A stretch of DNA of 63,843 bases, counting the filler, from Collodictyon triciliatum (taxonomy: Eukaryota): the NCBI GenBank assembly GCA_043381765.1. It is 14 parts of 14 records of this genome, joined end to end, with 100 filler letters (N's around TTAATTAATTAA, not from the genome) between each part and the next. Parts side by side here need not be neighbours in the genome. Positions count along the whole stretch, not along the records: positions 1 to 4,243 come from JBHJMP010006349.1; positions 4,344 to 8,574 come from JBHJMP010006350.1; positions 8,675 to 12,905 come from JBHJMP010006351.1; positions 13,006 to 17,239 come from JBHJMP010006352.1; 10 more parts are not named here. The stretch is one strand, 5' to 3'. The translations under genes and the position numbers were made by a program. A model generated the notes under the pieces. It made no database searches and had not been told where the DNA came from. It worked only from the letters and a program-made list of their open reading frames with translations. This document shows, in pieces, positions 1 to 13,329 of the stretch (its first letter is position 1; each line of letters begins with the position of its first letter).

Positions 1-39
<39 letters not shown>

Positions 40-49
40 AATTTTAAAT

Positions 50-92
<43 letters not shown>

Positions 93-766
93 CTCTCATA
101 TTATCTTTCCACTCTTGAAAAAATAAATAAATAATACAGTGGTTACAGATAATCAACGCCCCGTCAAGAGTGATCCCCACCGCACAAATCTCATCAAAAT
201 CACCGCTCACGCCCTACCATAAACCTTTGGACCACATCTCGAAACACTCCTGAAAGAATTCAACCTTTATGTGATTTAATTATTTTTACATAATAATGTA
301 TTCAACTCAGAAGATAGAGCGAAAATCAAACAAACAAACAAACAAACAAACAAACAAACAAACAAACAAACAAACAAACAATTAGCATAAAACCCAACAT
401 AACATTACTACAAAAAATATAAATGGAGTAGCAATTATATCAACAACAGACAATTAAAATAATTGAAAGAATTAAATATAATATTACCTTATTCCAACTG
501 TTTAGAATAATGCAATATCAAAATAAATAATCAAAATAAATAATCAAAATAAATAATCAAAATAATAAAATGTAACCAGAATAAAGAAACCTAGTCATCG
601 AATGTTGGCATGCCATCATCTATCGAGTGCCTTATCAACAAGCTATTTACCCTGATGAATAGATAAACAATAAATATGTACACAAAGTAGGGTGTGTGTG
701 TGGACAAAAACAAAAGAGAAAGAAGAAAAAAAACTTTGGTATTTTGTTACAAACAGTTACGCAATC

Positions 767-3700
767 ATGTCGCAAAACAGCCTGCCATGGCTCGGACTTG
801 GACAACCGCATGTGGTTTACATGACACAGCAAATGCCACAACCACAAACTCAGCCACAACCACAAACTCAGCCACAAACCCATACCCCATCGTTCCCTTC
901 GCTCTCACTGGCCACCATGTCCTGGGTGCATACCCCTATGCCGTCCGTCTCGAGTGTGCCACCTGCTTTTCTGGCTCAATCTGCGCCGATGCATTCTCCA
1001 GCCACAACCACAGCCACAACCACAGCCACAACCGCTCTCTTGCCACAGACTCTGCCACAATCTCAACCACAAAGACACCCACAACCACATCGAATATCGG
1101 CTGTTTCTGTGTCTGCATCATCGTCTTCATCGCCGCCGTTGTTGGTCAAATCAAAGACAGCACATAACCAGGTCCTTTTTTCTGTGGTGTATTCTTTATT
1201 TTATTTTTAATATGTTTTTTTTTTAACTTTTTAATTTTTGACATTTGTTGTGATGAAAGTTGATTGGCTCAAAACGGGCATGTTTCATGTTTTCTCCTCT
1301 CTTGATTACCTTGTTGGTATCCTTTCTTCCCGCTTCTTTGTTTCCTTCATGATAAGATAGTAATGATCAAGGAATCATTTTTTCTCTTTGTGCATATATA
1401 TCTTACCCATCGATATGTAATATATTCATCCATCCTTCATTGTTTTTGATAAATTTTTGATAAATTTTTATTTCTTTACTTTACTTCACTTTACTTTTTT
1501 TTATGTCTTGTATTCTTTGACAAATCACTCACGCCAGTAAATCCTATCCTCTGCAGGCGTGGATCTCGCCATTTCTAACGTCCCAGATGTATGCAATATA
1601 TTCTTTAAAATCAATCACTTAAATTCCCTTTTCTTCATGATGAGTTAAACAAGAGCTTGAAATTAGGGTAAAGATGACAGCTGATTTAGAACTGAAATGG
1701 CCGATTCATCTAAAATCAAACCACTTATCATTTCGTTGCCCCCTGCCACACCCTTTTCAGATAATCTCAGCTTTTGTGAGCTATTTGATTTAAAATAGCC
1801 AAGATCTATTCCTCTTCTTCGTTTTAACACTATTCACGCATGATAATCATTTGCAAATCTTATCACACAAATACAGACACCCAGAATCGCCCCATTCTCA
1901 ATCTGAGTCTTCTCTTCATTCTCTAAAAACTACTTTGCATTTGGGACATAGTGCATCGCGATTGAATATATCGAAGGAAATCCAGCGATTCAATTGAAAA
2001 GCTTCATCGAGGCCAATATGTTCGACAGATACTTTGTTTATGAAATGGGTATTATATCACTTGGCTATTTTTACAACGATTGGTTCATAACCTTATACTA
2101 TCTCCTCCTTTTACTCGAGGTTGACAACCTTAGATATTTGGGTAAATACGTTTTCAATACCCAGTGTCAATCAAAATAGGGGTCATATGAAAATTTTAAT
2201 TATTATACCACAAATAACAAAACTTATACATATAACCGACATTTGTAGACGTTCCCCGTGCAAAGTCTTCTGAACCTGATGCAAAGATTGTCCGCGTTGT
2301 AAAAGATCGCCTTTTGCCTCCTCGGAAGATGTTTGGAATTAGTCAACCGATCAGATGTGTTCTGGCTTTAAATGTCATAGTAAGCAACTTAAATCGTGAT
2401 TACCTCAAGACACAATTTTCTCAAAAGTAGAGATGATGAACATATTATACATTAGCTCTCTAGATTTAAAGGCAATTATTTCTAACAGATGGTAATATCC
2501 TCTCTGTTCTAGTTTTTTTTTTTTTTGTGCTATGCGATTTGTAAAGGAAATATTTAAAATACACCCAGGACCAAAATACCAGCGAGACGGGATGGTCGTT
2601 CCTCGACACACCAACCTTTGTTGTAGTTACCCACATAGACGATGCTGTACAAGGACTCTTCGGAATAGGCTCTGTTGTACATGGCTATACAGATGAGGTT
2701 TTCATCTTTTTATTGAAACAAACATACCGTTACTGAAGAACAAAACACTTCGAATTGAAATAGTTTACATGAAAATTGATACCAAACAACAACACATGTA
2801 GCGTTCGCTGATAGACTTTGCACTTGTGAACATGGTTCTTGGCTCAAAATCTAGTCTAAGTGATAGCCTTATTACTCCGAGGGACATTCCATTTCTTTCT
2901 TGTGTATCATCTCAGATACTAGGCACAGGTATGTGTCTCAGTAGTCTAACTTTAGCACTAATAGGGTGTGTATCCAGTGACTGCGACAATTTACTCCTTT
3001 ACCAAGATTTACTAACTAATTTTGGCTCTATATGAATCACAATAGGTTCAGTCACATTATCACAAATAGTCGCTTCCAAGCAGTTCAGTTTGCTAAGTCG
3101 ATTAAGTGCATGGTTTGGCAAACTATTTGTCATCATACGAGAGCATGTTATCTTCGATATGTGGAGAAGCAAAAGGTATTTCGTATCGAACAAATACATT
3201 CTTTTCTTCTTCTTTAAACTCGTACACATTGTCCCAATATATCCATCAACAAACAAATAGAGAAATTAAACATATGTAACTTTATTCCATTAGTTGGATT
3301 TATTGCTAAAATAAAATATACAATCCCAATATATGCTCAAAGAATCCAAGGGTTCATGCTTGCCGAGGAAGCAGAGAGCATCTTGACGTCGTGTCCGGTG
3401 GGGTCTTTTCTGCTTCGATTTAGCGAGGATATGAACTACCCAGGTCATCTCGTCCTATCGTACAGAGAAAATGACAAAGATTCGAGAGTCTGTCATGAAG
3501 TTATCAAGATAACGCGACACTCAGAGAGTAAGCCAAAGGGAGGGAAGGAAACACCCGGGCGCATATCCTTTTCTTATATAAGTCCGTCACTCCTGGAGAC
3601 TGGGTATTTATTTTGTCCTCGTTATTGTCTTTTTTTTTTTAAAAAAATAAAATAAAATAAAATAAACTCTACTTCAAGAGGCGACCTATTCGAAAGGCAC

Positions 3701-4058
3701 TAACATTTTTTTTTTATCTTTACAACAGTGTGTCATATCCATCAGTTTTTGATTTAATCCGATGTTCTCGGCCAAGAACATGTGATGCCCCCTCAGAATT
3801 TGCGTGGAAGCAACTTTCACAGTAGATTGCCATCACCTACTCTGCCGAGGGAAATCATCGCAACTAATTATGATTATAATTATGTATGCTCTTTTGCATA
3901 GAACTTATTATATATCCAAAGCCACCTTTCCCTTCCTTCCAACTTGTCAAGCATATTGCCATATTCACAAATATTTGTCGTTGGTCTGCAAGAGGTTTTT
4001 CTTCTACCAATCTCGCCATAAAGTGATTGTCAACAAATTGACCCCTTCTCCAGTTTAA
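767..4058 (+). CDS. STAT-like protein (low-complexity N-terminus, putative DNA-binding fold, linker, SH2), about 11 exons
   Basis: Hand-spliced with GT-AG introns. Q/P/T-rich N-terminus, then TPTFVVVTHIDD (like the STAT S.PF.VITNE motif), then LSAWFGKLFVIIREHVIFDMWRSKRIQGFMLAEEAESILTSCPVGSFLLRFSEDMNYPGHLVLSY. This matches the linker-SH2 of Dictyostelium STATa as I recall it (WFGK...LW..G.I.GY...GTFIIRFSERNPGQF). Stop TAA at 4058. Confidence 0.8.
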
Positions 4059-4343
4059 TTTGAAAATACATTTTTGGTATATTATGGTCAATTGAAAGAG
4101 AAAATAGTTTCTAAAGAATCCCAGATTAAGATGATGGCATGAAATATGTGTATGTATGTATGTATGTATGTATGTATGTATGTATGTATGTATGTATGTA
4201 TGTATGTATGTATGTATGTATGTATGTATGTATGTATGTATGTNNNNNNNNNNNNNNNNNNNNNNNNNNNNNNNNNNNNNNNNNNNNTTAATTAATTAAN
4301 NNNNNNNNNNNNNNNNNNNNNNNNNNNNNNNNNNNNNNNNNNN

Positions 4344-4430
<87 letters not shown>

Positions 4431-4480
4431 GCCCGATCACTTTGAATCGAATAAAGATAAAATAAAATATATAGCCCGAT
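4431..4480 (+). mobile_element. 36-bp micro-copy of non-LTR element 3' end with 7-bp TSD
   Basis: GCCCGAT (4431-4437), then CACTTTGAATCGAATAAAGATAAAATAAAATATATA, then GCCCGAT (4474-4480). Confidence 0.8.
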
Positions 4481-4540
4481 AAAAGAAGCCTGCCCATAAA
4501 ATCCCAGCCACTTTCATAGCGCCAAGCCAAGACAGCCGGG

Positions 4541-7500
4541 ATGGATCCGCTGCCCCCAGAAATCTTCCTTCGGGCAGGACTCACAGAGGAGGTGCGACGG
4601 GACATGGCGACCGTCCAGCAGGCGATGCAGCAGCGCCGCACCGAACAGCAGCAGCGCCACCGCACCGAGCTGCAGCGGATTCTGGACCGGCCGCTCTCGT
4701 CCATGGTGCAGACGAGGCCAGCCGCACCGCCGCCCACCGCACCGCGGCCCGCACAAAAGCCTCTGCCGCGCTCGCAGTCCGCACCCCGGCTGGCCTCGTC
4801 GCCGCTGGCAGGCACAAAAGGCCCGGCCCCGACCGCCCCGCGCCTGCCCCACGGTCCCGCGCCTGCCGCCCGCAGGAACGGCCCGGCACACGGCCCCGAC
4901 CACGCCGACCACGCCGACCACGCCGAGCTGTCTGGCCTGCGTGTGACCGGACACACCCGCGAGATAATCCCGCATCCGAATCCGCAGCCGCTGGTCCCCC
5001 GTGCGGGCCACGCCTTTGCAACCAAGGATGACGCGCAGGACTTGCATGTCCGCTTTGTGCATCCGGGCCCGATTCTCCCGGTCGATGCCATCGAAGCGTC
5101 GGCTCCACTTGTGCACAGGCGCATCCGCTTTGATACCGAGGGTAGTCCACAGCCAGGGAGCGATAATGTCTCCGAAAACCATCCCCGTCCGGATCCGTCA
5201 CCTGGAATGGAGAGCGTGTATCTTTCATCATTTTCTTCTTCTTCATCTTTCCTTATCGCACTTTATTCTGCCCCTTTGTCTCGTGACATGCGGGCTCTGC
5301 TCCATAAGCACTTCTCTTGCTACATTCACCCATGCACCCATGCACCCATGCACCCATGCACCCATGCACCCATGCACCCATCCATCCATCCATCCATCCA
5401 TCCATCCATCCATGAAAGCAAATGAGAAAAATCCCCTATTCATCCTTCTAATTTACGTGTTTCCTTCAGGGGGTCATTTACTTCATTCAAGCTCCACTCG
5501 GTAGCCCCAGACGGGATTGCGTCACTGAGGTCAAGTTCACCTCTGCTTGTCTCCGAGAGCACATTGCATCCACAAAAGACAACCACATCCTCACATAGTC
5601 CTATAGCCAATAAGACAGATAAAAATGCAAAGCATTCTATTAGCACTGCGCCAGCTCAATCGGTGACTACTCAAAGGCCACCATCAACACAAGAATCATC
5701 TATATTTCGTTCAAAGTCACATTCTCCAACATCAAAATATTCTGATCAAGTAGCACATAGCCAGGGAAACAAAGACAGGGTAAAGACGAATCTATCTAGA
5801 GTTCCGTCCAAGGATTTTCCTAAAGATATTCCAAAGGCACCTAAATCTGCATATTCGAAACCACATTCCGCCAGTTTATCAAAAAGCCAAGACATCCACC
5901 AGGAAATAAAGAAAATGGAGAGTTCTACAAACAGAGTTGTTTACCTTGAGACGGAGTTGAAGAGTAGCCACATTGAGAATGCCAAACCAACCCAAAAGAA
6001 ACTCAGAAAAGTAATTTTATACAATACAAAAGGATAAAGGAAACATCATCCCGATTTCATCGCCTCTTCACCTTAAATTCATATCAATAAGCAAATTACA
6101 GCATCCCGCTCTCCTATATAGAAATTGTATGTAGTGTATGTAATGAAATTGATATACTATTTTACCTAATTGCATGCGCAACTAGACTCAAAAACATAAA
6201 GTAGAGCTCCCCACGGAGATACTGGACGAAATAATGGTTTTTTCTTTTGTAAATGAATCTATAGATCATTAATCATATTTCAAAGATAATATGAATCATA
6301 CCAAAGAACTTTGAATCGAATAAAGGAAAAAAAATGAAATACCAAAGAAAAAAAAGAAGTAAAAGTAAAATAAAAACCAAATTCATCGACAATACGAAAA
6401 CAGGATATACCTGAGGAAATTATTCTGAGCCCAGCTATGAAGAGATCAATGAAAATCGATGATTTATGCGGCAAAACAAAATGTAAAACTATTACATCCC
6501 AAATATCGGTCCTTCAGATTCAAGCGACAGCTTAACATATCATCCTTTCTTCGATTTATTTTTAATTTTTGATCATAGTCTCAAGGGACGAAATAATATT
6601 GGTCATTAATCATTTCGAGCAGCAACTCGGGAAGCTAAACGTAAACCTTACAAACAAAAATGAATTTCCTGGAGAGGTATATAGACATATATCCATCTGC
6701 ATATATTTTTTTATAGAAAGGAGAAAAAAAACAAAGGAAAAATGAAGTTTACTTTTTTTTTATTTATTATTTAAAAAAAAAATAGGGTATTTGGATTAGC
6801 GATGAATCAAATACCATACGATTTGGGCATCTTAATCACAATGTCGACACATTCTTTCCCTTAATTTTTTAATTTAATCCATGATTTACTAATACATACA
6901 CTGATAGGAATCTGAATTACTATTGGATAGGGAAAAACTCATGGATATGATGACAAAATTCTTTGGGATAAATGATCAATACTTCCTAAAATCCTTATAT
7001 CACCTCGCCTTGAGATGGGTATTTTCATCAACCAAAAAGAGATGCTTATCCATATACAGCACAATTACATGCTCAGCTGGACTATCAATAACAACATACC
7101 CATTCTCCGCTTCTCGTTCTTCATGCTATCTTTATTGTATTTCCATCCATCTAACACTTCCCAGCTCTCAAAAAATGAAAGCAAAGCTTTATAAAAATAG
7201 TTACTAAAAACACTGAATGCTGGCTAAATAAAAAAAAAAAAAACATTTAATAGGACTATGTCCATAGCATGGCCAACAACCCACACTTGAGCTCTCATAA
7301 TGTTATCCACGAAAATATTGCGTCGAATGTTGGTCGCAGATCCTCAATTCCTTATGTTGTCTATCAAACACCAGCTACTTCGATGTTAGATGCCACAATC
7401 AAGGATGAAAAAGACATAGGCGTCGATTTATTTTGCCGAATTATGGTTCATTTTCCTTTCTTTTGTGCCCCTTTCAATTTTTTTTTCAAATTATTACCTC

Positions 7501-8398
7501 TCTTATGTCTTTTATGGTCTGTATTTGCATCCTTTTTCAATCCCCTATCGCTGAAAAAATATCTTGGTTGTAATATTTCGTGAAATAACAGAATTCAGTG
7601 GTCCATGGATCGAATTTGGAGAGAAACGAATTTTCATTTGAGTTAATGGACACGAGTTTGAAGGGATTCTTAACAAACGATGATATTTGCCGAATGATGA
7701 TGTGCTTTTTAAGGTATGAAATAATTTTCAAATCAACTATGTATAAAGTATTAGAAAATAATAGAATAATATAGCTATATAGCTTATTTTGTGCCAAACA
7801 ATCAACCATACCCCTAAATAACATCATCTCCATTCAAGCGCAGTAATTTTTTCCAATATATTCTATAATGAAAATCAGGGAGGCAGAATTAAGAGATATG
7901 ATGCCCATCATTGAAAAATATTTTCCTTTCGGAGACAGAGTTGATAAAGCATCTTATCAAAGAATCTGCGCAAGGTACTCTCAAATTACAGGGAAGATAG
8001 TTGACTGTATTAGTCAACCCTTTCAATTGTACATCGAGGAAGTAGATGGTCTTGACTCTGAGGAAGTGACGGAGGCACATGTCGTTTCATTGGATGATGA
8101 TTTCAGTGACGTGCATTATGAAATACATAGAGAACTATTGGTCAAAAAGAAGGATAATCAAGTGAAGGCACTAGTATGTATTACTCTCATACACTTTTGA
8201 ATATTTCAAATATCCTTTTCCCAGGTTGAAACTTCAGTACATATTTTTCTTTTTCTTGCAACACTGTAAAGATAGGAGAGTTTCGATTCGGGGAGACATC
8301 TACAAACGATTTTGGGATCTTTCATCTGCAAAACCCAGATCTATTCCACTCTGAAAGGTTCAGAAAAGCATGCGTTCTTGACGGCGTTCGTCATCGAG
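4541..8398 (+). CDS. Multi-exon protein with Pro/Ser-rich N-terminus and degenerate NCS/calcineurin-B-like EF-hand region, 3' truncated
   Basis: GC-rich first exon from ATG 4541. Exon near 7592-7713 reads [39 protein letters not shown] (EF-hand-like). Further exons run to a donor after 8398. Confidence 0.55.
6298..6349 (+). mobile_element. 30-bp micro-copy of non-LTR element 3' end with 11-bp TSD (intronic)
   Basis: ATACCAAAGAA (6298-6308), then CTTTGAATCGAATAAAGGAAAAAAAATGAA, then ATACCAAAGAA (6339-6349). Confidence 0.88.
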
Positions 8399-9053
8399 GT
8401 ATGAAACATTTTGCAAACCACTTGGCTATGCCACTCCAATTACGAAAATTTATGCTTTCTCCTTTTTCCCTTTTTCCCTTTTTCCCTTTTTCCCTTTTTC
8501 CCTTTTTCCCTTTTTCCCTTTTTCCCTTTTTCCCTTTTTCCCTTTTTCCCTTTTTCCCTTTTTCCCTTTTTCCCNNNNNNNNNNNNNNNNNNNNNNNNNN
8601 NNNNNNNNNNNNNNNNNNTTAATTAATTAANNNNNNNNNNNNNNNNNNNNNNNNNNNNNNNNNNNNNNNNNNNNTCTATGTTCTATGTTCTATGTTCTAT
8701 GTTCTATGTTCTATGTTCTATGTTCTATGTTCTATGTTCTATGTTCTATGTTCTATGTTCTATGTTCTATGTTCTATGTTCTATGTTCTTTGTTTTTTGT
8801 TCTTTGTTTTTTGTTCTTTGTTTTTTGTTCTTTGTTTTTTGTTCTTTGTTTTTTGTTTTTTGTTCTATGTGATTTGTGATTTGTGATTTGTGATTTGTGA
8901 TTTGTGACTATCTTATTTTTTTTCTTGTTCATGAGGCAATATGTTTAATTATTCGACTGGTATAGCTATACCGTTCCCCTCTGACCCACGAGAAGAAACT
9001 CGATAATCCCACTCATTGCTAGAACTTACACTTTTATATTTGCACACGGTTAG

Positions 9054-10565
9054 ATCGAGTACAAGGGCGATGTAGATTTGGTTACCGAAACTGACAAGTA
9101 TCCATTTTCTCTCGTTTTTTACTTTATTTTTTGTGAAGTTTTACTATCCTAAAAACGAATGAGTGTATTTACAAGTGAACTAAGTACGATAATGTGTTCC
9201 CCTTGGAAAATATACTTTCGTCCCCAAGAAATTCAAGGAGCTCACAGTTTCTTGTTGGAGAAGAGTTATAATTAGGCGATAGGGTTCACCCTTGACTACC
9301 TTTGATATTTTCTCTCTCTAAGATATGCCATTTAGAACCGAATAAAGCGGGGGAAACTCATAAATATGTAAAACGCTCCTATTTTAGGAAGTGCGAGGAT
9401 GCTATTCACGAAATTATCTTTTCAAAGTATCCAACCCATTCGTAAGTTTCATAAGCATCACTCGTATTTTCTCTTACATATTTGATGGCAGCTTTCCTTG
9501 TCTTGATATTCTCTTACTGATATATACTTATGTTTTAGTGTAAATTTTCATGTCTCTTTCCTGCTTTCATATAACATAATTTTTCATATTTCCGCTCATC
9601 GATTGCAAAGTTGCTCCCTATTGAATAGTAAATATTGAGAATAAGTACTAAATAATTGGCAGTTTTATTGGCGAGGAAACGACACCTCTAGAATCCCACG
9701 TAAATGGGCTTTTGACTGATGCGGCAACCTGGATTGTTGACCCTGTGTGTTGTTCTTTCTTGTTTGCTTGTTTTGTTTGTTTTGTTTGTTTTGTTTTGTT
9801 TTGTTTTGTTTTGTTTTGTTTTGTTTTGTTTTGTTTTGTTTTGTTTTGTTTTGTTTTGTTTTGTTTTGTTTTTCCTTTATTCGATTCAAAGGAAGGAAGG
9901 GGGTTTAGATTATTCAAGAGTTTAAGTTCAATATTTTCCCATTTTTTGATATTCGTCTTAATTACTTCTCGTCACCATAGGTTGATGGGACTACAAATTT
10001 CAGTCATTCTTATCCTTTTGTTGCTGTTTCGATTGCATTGGCCATAAATAAGGAGGTGAACATTCTTCTTTTTTTTATAAAATAAGTGCAACTTTTATAT
10101 CTCCTTTATCATCCTTTTGACACTTGCGCACGTCCTACAAAAGACATGCATTCCTTAAGAGAAAAAATGTGTCAATTATCGGGTTTATCATACACCTGAC
10201 CTGGTCACTAAGTATAAATATTAATTGGTTAGATAGTTATTGGTGTCGTGTACAACCCAATCATGGAGGAATTGTTCACTGCAATCAAGGGACGCGGTGC
10301 ATTTTTGAATGGGAAGCAGATATTCTCTAGCAAAACCTCGGAGCCCATCAAATCACTCGCCGCAACAGGCTTTCCCTATGACCGTAAAACCCGAATGCCT
10401 TTGGTTATGAGTCATTTGGAGGCTGTGCTGTTGAATGCCCAGTATGACTCAGTTTTAATCGCATATCTATTCCATTCGTCAAATACCTCTCGTTCTCTCT
10501 TATTTAAATCGATAATTTTCATCTTCTCTTTACTCATGGTGAAGCAACGCCTAAACTACCATTAC

Positions 10566-10662
<97 letters not shown>

Positions 10663-10917
10663 ATTCCCCATTAAAGATGTGTTCGACGCAGTGGCAGTGC
10701 AGCGCTAGACATGTGCTCGGTTGCTTGTGGGAGAGTTGATTTTTACTACGAATTCGGCCCCAAAGTTTGGGACATTGCGGCGGGTTTGTTGTGTGTGTAT
10801 GAAGCTGGTGCTACTGCAAAGGACACCAGTGGCGCGCCGATCGATATTTTCAGCCAAAGAATCATCGCAGGGAACGATGTGTTGATTGATAAGATTATCC
10901 AATTGTTCCCAAAGTGA
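9054..10917 (+). CDS. IMPA: Inositol monophosphatase (IMPA/SuhB family), 5' truncated
   Basis: Six exons give [51 protein letters not shown] and WDIAAG. Stop TGA at 10917. Confidence 0.95.
9770..9900 (-). mobile_element. Micro-copy of non-LTR 3' end whose tail is an (AAAAC)n microsatellite (IMPase intron)
   Basis: Minus strand reads TTCCTTTGAATCGAATAAAGGAAAAAC followed by (AAAAC)n. No TSD visible. Confidence 0.7.
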
Positions 10918-11579
10918 GCATGGTGTTGGGCATGAGTCGTATGGCCTTTTCTGCTTTTTGTTGGTCCCCGTCACCCTCGCGAATGGACCAAGCACAGCAA
11001 CACATCAGACTCATAAACCGCAGTTACACAAGCCACCTTACTTTTCAGTATCGCAGGCACCAAGCATAAGGGTTTTTTGAATCCTTTCTCTTCAATTATA
11101 TATACATAGGCCTCTCTGATTGGAAGGATGTTTCTTCGTAAGTCAACGCAAAGTGGCTGAGCTGGAGAGAAAAGAAAAGAAGAGCAACATCTCTTAATAA
11201 TAAGAGGTATATCTGAATTTATCATGGAAAGGAAAATGAGATAAAGATGGGTTTACAAATATCTGTTGATAACACTTAAATATTCATCGACACCACATCA
11301 AACTGTGTTCTTTTTTTTTCTTTTTTGATTCCTTGAGTCTAATCGAGATAGGCAGAAAGTACTGTACTCTTTCGAGGTATATTAAATTGCTTCGTGTTAA
11401 CAAGTACGCAGGTCTTTCATAAACTTAGATTTATTAGCTTGAATAACTGATACGACACTTAATTGTTGCCATGTCTGAAAAGGAGAATTTTTGGAAGGGG
11501 TTCAAGTTTGGTGCAAGATCCAAAGCGAGAGCCTTTAAGAAAGGGAAAGGAGTTTAATCATGAAAATATTAAATCTTGA

Positions 11580-12629
11580 CTATGATGTATATCCGGCTCT
11601 ATATCCAGCGTAGTACCATGAAAGACACAAAGCAGAAAGTCGGTCATCCATATCTGGCAGTTTAGGGAGGACAGCTGCTGGAAAAAATGAGAAAGAAGAG
11701 CATGGTAAACATCTTGTTTGTTTTTTGTTTTTTTCCTCGTACCAAATAAAAATAAAATAAAAAGACCAAATCTGTGTCAAGATAAATAATTTTATTCCGA
11801 GGTAAGCTTATATCTCCGCCGCTTTTCTTTAGACAGATTATGTTGAATCAAGCATATATTTTGGAGTAGCTATATGAATGTTGAGGATAAACAGCAGAAT
11901 AAATCTACCAAACAAACCATTGGGGAGACCGTCATTCGTCTTTCCGCTCGTACTAGACAGTGCCGCACTTGATTGAATGGTGGACTCAGGGTCAATGCTT
12001 TCATGTCCATGACCATCACTTTTAGTTGACTCATGTGGCCTCTTTCTTGATTCTGGGTCTTCTTGGCTACCATCCCTCACGTGAGACTCATTATCAATCG
12101 TGAGTGGTTCGCAATCTTGCGAGACCCTCTTATGCTTCTTTCTTCTAGAGCCCCTCTCCTTTGCTGGGTTTAGGTCACCGGTTACAAGTACTTTTGGATT
12201 TGATGATAAAGTCACTTGCTCATGACTATGTCTTTTTTCTGGCAGCTCATTAACAACCTCTGGCGGCTGGGAGTGAATTATAGGTATTTTGTAAAAACTT
12301 TAGAAAAATGATAAACTACCATCGGACCATATGCTACTTGTAATAAATAAGAAAATGATGAAATATTTGATTGAATTTTTTGAGATAAATATTGATGCAG
12401 AAAGAATGTCATGTCATAAGAAACCGCGCATTATGAGTATCAGATGAGATTAAAAGGTGAACTATTCTTCCACTATCATGTATAAAATTGAAAGTAATAA
12501 TAAAAGAACCAAAATAAAAAAAGTCAAATATCCATTTAGAAAGTGCGAAACCTTTTTGGTTGGTTGTATATTAGCTTTTTCATCATTTTGATGAGGGTGT
12601 GTCGCTTCAACAATTTTGGAAACTTGATT
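11580..12629 (-). CDS. SMN: SMN (survival motor neuron)-like protein, C-terminal YG box, 5' truncated
   Basis: Last exon LPKLPDMDDRLSALCLSWYYAGYRAGYTS* resembles the SMN L..ML.SWY.SGY.TGY motif. Two upstream in-frame exons (about 12629-12552 and 12266-11918) are hydrophilic and low complexity. Confidence 0.75.
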
Positions 12630-12661
12630 CTACATAGGTGAGAGAAGGAAGATTAAATAAG

Positions 12662-12711
12662 AATGTGAAGGAAAATTTTTTCCTTTATTCGATTCAAAGG
12701 GAACAATGTGA
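12662..12711 (-). mobile_element. 36-bp micro-copy of non-LTR 3' end with 7-bp TSD
   Basis: AATGTGA at 12662-12668 and 12705-12711 flank minus-strand GTTCCCTTTGAATCGAATAAAGGAAAAAATTTTCCT. Confidence 0.75.
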
Positions 12712-13329
12712 TAAGTAAAAGTAAGTCTCATAAAAGTCTCCAAAGTCATCAGAGAAGTTTCTTTAAGTAATTTTTTATTTGTTATGTTTTCGTTTTTTCT
12801 TTTCTTTCTTTTTTCTTTTTCTTTTTTCTTTTTCTTTTTTCTTTTTCTTTTTTCTTTTTCTTTTTTCTTTTTCTTTTTTCTTTTTCTTTTTTCTTTTTCT
12901 TTTTTNNNNNNNNNNNNNNNNNNNNNNNNNNNNNNNNNNNNNNNNNNNNTTAATTAATTAANNNNNNNNNNNNNNNNNNNNNNNNNNNNNNNNNNNNNNN
13001 NNNNNCTTTTTTCTTTTCTTTTTTCTTTTCTTATTTCTTTTCTTATTTCTTTTCTTATTTCTTTTCTTTTTTCTTTTCTTTTTTCTTTTCTTTTTTCTTT
13101 TCTTATTTCTTTTTTCTTTTCTTTTTCCTTTTCTTTTTCCTTTTTTTATTTTCTTTCCATTCTTTCTATTCTTTCTATTCTTTCTATTCTTTCTATTCTT
13201 TCTATTCTTTCTATTCTTTCTATTCTTTTTTCATTTTAAAATTTTATTTTTGCAAATTACCACATCCTGAATGGATTGACTATGTCCGAATGATGAAATC
13301 TTAACACCTGCTTTCCAACTTTCTTTCAG

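Noticed and set aside
4288-4299. Periodic TTAATTAATTAA palindrome as a biological repeat or CRISPR-like array
   Set aside because: Always embedded in exactly 44+44 Ns. It is a six-frame stop linker added during concatenation.
4288-5246. Long antisense and overlapping ORFs over the GC-rich exon
   Set aside because: Expected shadow ORFs in GC-rich sequence. The plus frame from 4541 has the coherent downstream exons.
9878-9890. TTCGATTC/TTCGAATC as tRNA T-loop or Pol III B-box (tRNA-derived SINE)
   Set aside because: It lies antisense to the A-tail, lacks the leading GG and any A-box or cloverleaf. No tRNA or rRNA gene was recognised in the window.
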